A stretch of DNA of 64,000 bases from Iphione sp. A-MEVVRFRX5. Taxonomy: Eukaryota. Within the stretch, counting starts at the first letter, position 1. Each line of letters opens with the position of its first letter. The stretch covers positions 29,884,001 to 29,948,000 of the forward strand of contig OZ320319.1 of the NCBI GenBank assembly GCA_976226885.1. The letters run 5' to 3'. Shown here piece after piece: positions 61,701-64,000 of the stretch. The position numbers and the translations under genes were made by a program. Under the pieces are notes generated by a model that was not told the origin of the DNA, did no database searches, and saw only the letters and a list, made by a program, of their open reading frames with translations.

Positions 61701-63237
61701 ATAAAATGGTCGCATAGAATTTATAAGGTATTTCATTTTGTAACTTGTAGTTTAGCCATATGTTTCAGGACATGTTCCCGCTTATGAAAACAAAAACAAA
61801 AAACATGTTAGGTATAAGGATAAAAGCTGAACTCAAGTTCCTTTGGCTGTTTTCCATATACATTGTACATGTACATGTCAACGTGCACATTGAGATATAT
61901 CTGTTATATCTAGAACAACCCAAGACTATATACTTTGTATCAGGTTTCTACTAATGTCTCTATAGATATCGCACATGTGTCCTTAGCTTTGAAGGCTATC
62001 CAGATTGGATGGATTGTCCCGCTTACAGATCCGTGAAAGCCATAGATTTAAACCAACCTGGACATTTAGTGGTTATCTGATAGTCAACCGGGGTCAATTA
62101 GTGTCATGCAAATCCATCTGTTCCAGACTAAATGGATATGTCTCTGTGTGCATGATAATGTATACAATGGAACACCGCCCTAATATCTTGCTACTTGGAT
62201 GCCATAGACCCTGTTTATCATTATGAGTTTAACTGTGATGAAGAAACGTCGGACTTGCAACATATGAGCAACAATGCTACCTTCAAGAGAAGAGGGTAGA
62301 CTGGCCTTTTTCTCAGCGACCAGCGAGGAGTTTAGTTTCTCTCAGGCATGCCCGTTACACCTACATTTACTTTAAAGGTTGTGAGGCGCTTTAGTATAAC
62401 TAGTATTCACATAGTATATCATTGTGCCTATATTTCCTCATAAATTATTGAACAGACAAGTCTGCGTCAAATAGAAACGGTTTTAGAATGCACGTGTAGG
62501 TGCTGCTTCAGTTTTGATTTAAAAGATGTCACAGATGGACAAATATTTGAGCCCTGATTTCTATACCTTGTCCTTTAACCGTTCTCTAGCTGGGGTGCGT
62601 CAAGTTGTGGACTATGGGGCTTATGACCTCTTGAACATATTTTTTCCAGCATACACTCGTTCTTTATGGTTAATCTGTGCCCTCCTCCCCACCTCCCCGG
62701 TGTAATTAGGCGGTCTTTCCATGTGTACAACTTTTTGTGATGTGGGGTTGGAGTGTAGGAAGTCCTAACACCCCGCCAGTGGTGACACTGCGGAACATAC
62801 ATTGTATGTACATATGGACAGGGTGCGGGTAGATTTACGCGTGTACTGATCCGCACTGTCCTGCACGATCCTGCAGATGAATCCATAGTTGTCTGGTAGG
62901 TTCATCTATCAGTTCATTATTTGGTTTCACCTACGGTCCTTGCTCCGCGTCCGGAGCTGGAGAAATCGTGCACATGGAAAGACAGCCTAGCCGACCTGGA
63001 TCAACCCTGCACTGCCATGCCAGCAACTCAACTTCAGTTGAATGTACAGTAGTTCTGCAGTCTTCAATTAACTGGTCATTTTGTCATATTTTCCAGATTG
63101 AGAGCCACAAGCTGCACTTCCGTGAGAAGGCCCAAGCCCGGACGAATCATGGAACTCGCACTACCGGCTCTGACTCGATCGGCTCCGGGGAGGCTGCCGA
63201 GTCCATCAGCTCGGCAGACGGGGCAGCAAGCACATGA
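21717..63237 (+). CDS. MAPT: tau/MAP2/MAP4-family microtubule-associated protein (host gene, multi-exon; 5' end unresolved)
   Basis: 13 exons with AG/GT boundaries and matching phases total 2204 nt, which with the 1 nt from the upstream exon gives 735 codons including the stop. The product has nine K/R-x-G-S...(P)GGG repeats and a terminal [19 protein letters not shown] matching vertebrate tau IETHKLTFRENAKAKTDHG. The symbol denotes family membership, not one-to-one orthology. Confidence 0.9.
24171..24214 (+). CDS. MAPT: host tau 44-nt linker exon (D)[14 protein letters not shown] (phase 1-0)
   Basis: Acceptor TTTTCTTTCACCAG|, donor CAAG|GTAAGG. It bridges the phase-1 donor at 22709 to the downstream phase-0 acceptors. 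Confidence 0.75.
28966..29214 (+). CDS. candidate alternative exon of the tau host ([22 protein letters not shown]...), boundaries uncertain
   Basis: C-rich acceptor ...CCCGCATGCAG| in phase 0; 37 of the first 47 codons end in G/C; phase-0 donor GGACAG|GTGCGA at 29215. It could instead start at ATG 28960 or run to TGA 29280. Confidence 0.4.
31245..31511 (+). CDS. candidate alternative first coding exon, Lys/Arg-rich ([15 protein letters not shown]...TKPRR)
   Basis: ACAATGG start and a strongly basic reading frame; phase-0 donor CGG|GTAAGA at 31512 is compatible with the phase-0 acceptors at 32020 and 35087. Confidence 0.45.
32020..32685 (+). CDS. candidate alternative acidic exon of the tau host (phase 0-0, 666 nt)
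   Basis: 233-codon open frame, D/E/S/T-rich and disorder-like. Acceptor TCCTCTTTGTTACATGTTAAG|, phase-0 donor ACA|GTAAGA at 32686. It could also initiate at ATG 31996. Confidence 0.6.
35087..35258 (+). CDS. MAPT: host tau 'pre-repeat' exon [57 protein letters not shown] (phase 0-1)
   Basis: Acceptor TTACTCTCAAATAG|, perfect donor |GTAAGT at 35259, and a tau-like [10 protein letters not shown] motif. Confidence 0.85.
36166..36501. mobile_element. PIF/Harbinger (Tourist-like) MITE, 336 bp, copy 1
   Basis: TIRs ...AAAATAGGTGTGTTTCTG / CAGAAACACATCTATTTTTTTTGCC with a TAA target duplication at 36163-65 and 36502-04. Collinear with 60817-61152. Confidence 0.85.
37208..37326 (+). CDS. MAPT: host tau R1-like exon (P)[39 protein letters not shown] (phase 1-0)
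   Basis: Acceptor TCTGTCCTGCTTGTGTAG|, donor CAA|GTAAGT; canonical SKIGS..N..H.PGGG. Confidence 0.92.
37604..37702 (+). CDS. MAPT: host tau R2-like exon [33 protein letters not shown] (99 nt, phase 0-0)
   Basis: Acceptor TTTTATCGTAG|, donor AAG|GTAATT; aligns with human [30 protein letters not shown]. Confidence 0.93.
38292..38381 (+). CDS. MAPT: host tau 90-nt repeat exon 1: [30 protein letters not shown]
   Basis: AACAG| acceptor, AAG|GTATCA donor, phase 0-0. Confidence 0.9.
40322..40411 (+). CDS. MAPT: host tau 90-nt repeat exon 2: [30 protein letters not shown]
   Basis: TTCATGTAG| acceptor, AAG|GTAACA donor, phase 0-0. Confidence 0.92.
40821..41116 (+). mobile_element. tRNA-headed SINE-like repeat (not a functional tRNA)
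   Basis: Head GGGGATTTAGCTCAGTTGGTAAGAG contains an A-box; degenerate B-box GGTTTAATCC; the body is shared with 12564-12806 on the opposite strand. No intact acceptor stem seen. Confidence 0.7.
41546..41635 (+). CDS. MAPT: host tau 90-nt repeat exon 3: [30 protein letters not shown]
   Basis: TTTGTGTAG| acceptor, AAG|GTAACA donor, phase 0-0. Confidence 0.9.
41915..42004 (+). CDS. MAPT: host tau 90-nt repeat exon 4: [30 protein letters not shown]
   Basis: GCCAG| acceptor (weak pyrimidine tract), AAG|GTACCA donor, phase 0-0; the most divergent of the six. Confidence 0.82.
43265..43354 (+). CDS. MAPT: host tau 90-nt repeat exon 5: [30 protein letters not shown]
   Basis: AATCTAG| acceptor, AAG|GTAATC donor, phase 0-0. 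Confidence 0.92.
43953..44042 (+). CDS. MAPT: host tau 90-nt repeat exon 6: [30 protein letters not shown]
   Basis: CCCACCTGCAG| acceptor, AAG|GTGTGA donor, phase 0-0. Confidence 0.9.
44392..44487 (+). CDS. MAPT: host tau 96-nt repeat exon: [32 protein letters not shown]
   Basis: TTTTTATTCCTAG| acceptor, AAG|GTAAGC donor, phase 0-0. Confidence 0.92.
47846..47851 (+). promoter_or_regulatory. candidate TATA box for nested ORF-A
   Basis: TATAAA about 50 nt upstream of the CAAAATG start at 47897. Motif only. Confidence 0.3.
47897..51187 (+). CDS. nested intronless ORF-A: about 36 tandem tau-like repeats (1096 aa from ATG 47897)
   Basis: Uninterrupted 3.3-kb frame. Short acidic N-terminus, then an R1-like [28 protein letters not shown], then 35 Trp-anchored 28-30-aa units. 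Nine units carry KxGS. In-frame stop upstream at 47852-54. Confidence 0.88.
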   Translation: MSERVASALSLDEFEEDDDEDDQFDYLRRKSWPRPPDYKHVRARIGSLKDASRPRPGGNVKIVNRRLSWSNQSKVGSLDNLQHRPGGGDKPIENHVLAWRSEPRIDAFNPDYVPRGGDIYVLDEKPRWKAEAAVDARNDGYRPSGGNVAIYDETPKWRAGPKVESVNPTYQRKGGSVSIIDEKPKWKAQPKVETLNVSYAPKGGNVVIADQKLHWRAEQKVDSNNHVYKPGGGNVEIINEKPKWKALPKIESRTTHEPKGGNIEIFSETPRWKALPKIDTGSTDYKPKGGGVQIFNEKQMWKAAPKIDAGDKNYQPKGGDVKIFEETPRWNAAPKVDAGDRNYKPKKQEVQIFNESINWKASPRIDVGDPNYKPRGGHVEIFTETPRWNAAPKVDAGDRNYKPKKQEVQIFNESINWKASPRIDVGDPNYKPRGGNVEIFTETPKWKAAPKVDAANRTYNPRGGDVQIFTETPKWKVNPKIDVDNKNYKPGGGDVKIFTEAAKWNAAPKIDVGSKDYQPKKGDVRIFSEAPKWEATPRIDAGSKDYTPRGGDVKIFTEAPKWNAAPKIDIGNADYQPKKADVKIFSETPKWQANPKIDVGNNDYTPRGGDVKIFTEKLGWQASPRIDAGDKNYEPKRGTVQIFSEKPKWEASPRVDAGDKQYEPRRSEVKIFSKTPKWEASPRTDHGDKSYKPGGGEVKIFSEKPKWTATPRIDNHADYKPPESEVKIFSENPKWNAPAKIHFGEDSYQPQGGKVEIFDERPNWKKEAKIGSLDNISHVPAGGNRKVESQKLNWQASSKIGSLDNIHHVSQGGNIEIANEKLDWKKQSKINSFENLNRKPPGGMKSIESHRLSWNKASKIGSTLDKKYKSRGGNVEIKSEPVHWNAKSKVGSLLNVKWVPPGGEKSIKSQKLKWKKQSNVGSTVDPNYKPRGGNVKITSEKLTWKVSAKVGSLENVSWVPTSSRRTIESTKLNWKAAPKIDTILEPSKIPTERKVHIPSQQVQWKKESKVGSLDNVKWNPPVSKVKIHNQKPHWDKQSKIGSLDNVLHNPGGGDVILPKNAVNWRKQSKLGSTRSGEYMPGYKKLKGSLCPEWHRR
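48871..49218 (+). repeat. near-identical 174-bp (two-repeat, 58-codon) tandem duplication inside ORF-A
   Basis: 48871-49044 and 49045-49218 differ at only a few positions (e.g. TAT/TAC, CCC/CCT, CAT/AAT). Confidence 0.92.
51150..51800 (+). pseudogene. frameshifted, decayed tau-like repeats downstream of ORF-A
   Basis: Fragments in shifting frames: [83 protein letters not shown] (51676-51759) and [10 protein letters not shown]. Confidence 0.65.
54598..57816 (+). CDS. nested intronless ORF-B: acidic N-terminal domain plus about 10 tau-like repeats in three clusters (1072 aa)
   Basis: GCCATGG Kozak start with an in-frame TGA 6 nt upstream. Repeats such as [32 protein letters not shown] and [16 protein letters not shown] fall at about 56044-56350, 56540-56775 and 57540-57765. 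Confidence 0.88.
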   Translation: MEEDSVSVSLEPIPLSSLGPNLSGHKMSEESAGNEEDRDSDVKSMSFQAEDVDTTPEGHIDAESTNTLTDSLPGESTAPALDTGVFADQNKDNNSPIEISSAALDPPMEIQEVVCSDGVHGSPVPISSKVINSSTDMAQDVPQECLHEDADDGLLHGKEESPVVIPEDANSTTTTETVTANMDDTGGARETGGISKGDHQTEEAHVACPNNSGDEENSVCLNLERKDDLLELEPESKQDQGSEGNLNGFNLRKAVALENLSDNESDLESESNSNVDDSIDDLLPPLDNETPNDTTTVKDTESNPGQAENNNVSADEVQSSIEPTERTVNTEIQNDNQVLTDGGDMQEGSDSSDEPEFECESFRHLNSLLKDEEDTNEYFAAGAHVDPNYLGDACEIPMVIDYKPQFGEGPLLGDSRYSPDGLARKPVRSLRTDNDKLANRSTPESNLTVHAQQYNKPKVNPLVNGSSKLKMNSLLTADKNLDKHEEAKPGSLENLEHLPTKSNKKIFNSLPKWKKQSKIASLENIGHEPPQSKVKIFDQPISWSAQSRLGSLDNLSHVPGGGHVELPRQEVKWRSEPKVGSLETLRKMKDIERSLPEKMDSIAEEDEVHLGDSSNDQRSGGPYNVNVPKYVLNKRNRTKKPLRFVGVFHERLNWKGQAKVGSLDNIHYKPGGGDVIVEEEEENQKVEAKSTVGSLDNIDHVPGGGTVQLPRNKVNWNKKSKVGSLRSMFEINEDKKVVLQKFGINWDAFPEHLRPRREACDIDIQTSSGLRKSEQSVVSKTDIDDRAVFNPVDQWFKDYKQKRVSRREMFKAIDKELEDSVRFSSHSKHLGLGDARISGRRNRKVRPLRAEGGPDEQTLSRYTRPETPVVERSDVQVQGHGSPELAKNLRGSDTTSTVPSEPSTIEPPSLHSITEEKPDLAVSGLKAPYLVRAKMDGGDSTQAVGNDLVTMPSKRAKTHTKLVPVEMPEAARDQLGLDSAKKKPKAKIRSIGNTDIIPGINDHLRINNEKLRWKAKPKVGSLDNVNHSPGGGFKAVYNEGLSWNAESKVDAGSGPRVVREGTYDVIKTSPEK
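58214..58219 (+). terminator. candidate polyadenylation signal for ORF-B
   Basis: AATAAA about 400 nt after the stop, followed by T-rich sequence. Motif only. Confidence 0.3.
59450..60410 (-). mobile_element. degenerate 5'-truncated non-LTR retrotransposon (CR1/L2-like) RT remnant
   Basis: Minus-strand fragments in shifting frames: [11 protein letters not shown] (~60340-60365), [30 protein letters not shown] and [14 protein letters not shown]. Confidence 0.8.
60817..61152. mobile_element. PIF/Harbinger (Tourist-like) MITE, 336 bp, copy 2
   Basis: TIRs GGCAAAAAAAATAGGTGTGTTTCTGGTAA / TTACCAGAAACACCTATGTTTTTGGCC with a TTA target duplication at 60814-16 and 61153-55. Homologous to 36166-36501. 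Confidence 0.85.
63097..63237 (+). CDS. MAPT: host tau terminal exon [46 protein letters not shown]
   Basis: Acceptor TTGTCATATTTTCCAG| in phase 0; the N-terminal part matches vertebrate MAPT exon 13 (IETHKLTFRENAKAKTDHG). Confidence 0.9.
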   Translation: MESHKLHFREKAQARTNHGTRTTGSDSIGSGEAAESISSADGAAST

Positions 63238-64000
63238 ATGACTTCACCATGAAACGGACGGCGCGGACAGCATCGAAGGACAGTGGTGAACGGAGAAGCA
63301 AGGGTCACGAAAGAGCTGAATGTAACCCGCCAGCTCGCAAAAGTGCTAGCCGACATCAATCTTTGTTTACAATATGACTTCATAAAGATGTTTCCATATA
63401 GTATTGCATCCGACATTGCTGGGGATCATTCACGCCCCGATCCGTCGTATTATGTTTTTTTAGCTATCCTGCTATGGTTAGTCATTGACACCCTGACAAA
63501 GAAAAACAGTTATACAGGGGAACCTAACATCAAGCTCTGTCAAAGGAGAGGAATGATACATACTCAATGTTGTGAGCATTCGGTGGTTAGGAATTTAGGG
63601 ATATCTAAACGATGTAAATGCTTATGAATTACTCCTGAAATTCGAATGCCTCCTTGGTGTGTAGTTCCCGTTAGTGTGTTAATTTACGCCATCTAAACAT
63701 AGTCCACAATATCAAGGCTTTCTCTCCTAGTTCCATAAAAATAGTGTAAATCTTTCCATGAGGCATATACATGTATGCATATGACGAAGCTCTTTACGGA
63801 CAGAAAGTAAACCTGTTGAAATACTTCCAAGTCTTTTTGAGGCAGCTCAGTTAAATACCATTCGACTTATATTCCTTCCACTTTTTACAGTCTACACAAA
63901 TTGTATTATAGCCACCCGAATCCCTCTCTTGCCATGACTCGAGTCCTTCCCTAAATATGCCGCGAGTAACAATAGACATAGAATGTACTTCCTTTCAGAA

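Overview
Intron-rich animal genomic DNA. It looks like amphioxus (Branchiostoma), but that is an inference from composition and the frequent TACATGTA motif, not proof. The window is dominated by one + strand tau/MAP2/MAP4-family gene that the ORF track mostly misses because it is split into small exons. I could reconstruct 13 phase-compatible coding exons from 21717 to 63237: a 993-nt Pro/Ala/Ser-rich exon, a 44-nt linker, a 'pre-repeat' exon, R1- and R2-like exons, six 90-nt symmetric repeat exons, a 96-nt repeat exon and an exon-13-like terminal exon. The 5' end is unresolved, and three internal alternative-exon candidates exist. The most striking feature is the 18.6-kb last intron (44488-63096). 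It holds two same-strand, intronless ORFs of about 1100 aa that themselves encode tau-type microtubule-binding repeats. ORF-A (47897-51187) has about 36 tandem repeats, including 23 copies of a 28-29-aa variant matching the host's pre-repeat exon, followed by a frameshifted decayed tail. ORF-B (54598-57816) has an acidic N-terminal half and about 10 repeats in three clusters. Also present: two decayed non-LTR retrotransposons, Harbinger/Tourist-like MITEs, a tRNA-headed SINE pair, two RFX X-box matches, a (GA)38 tract and an assembly gap.
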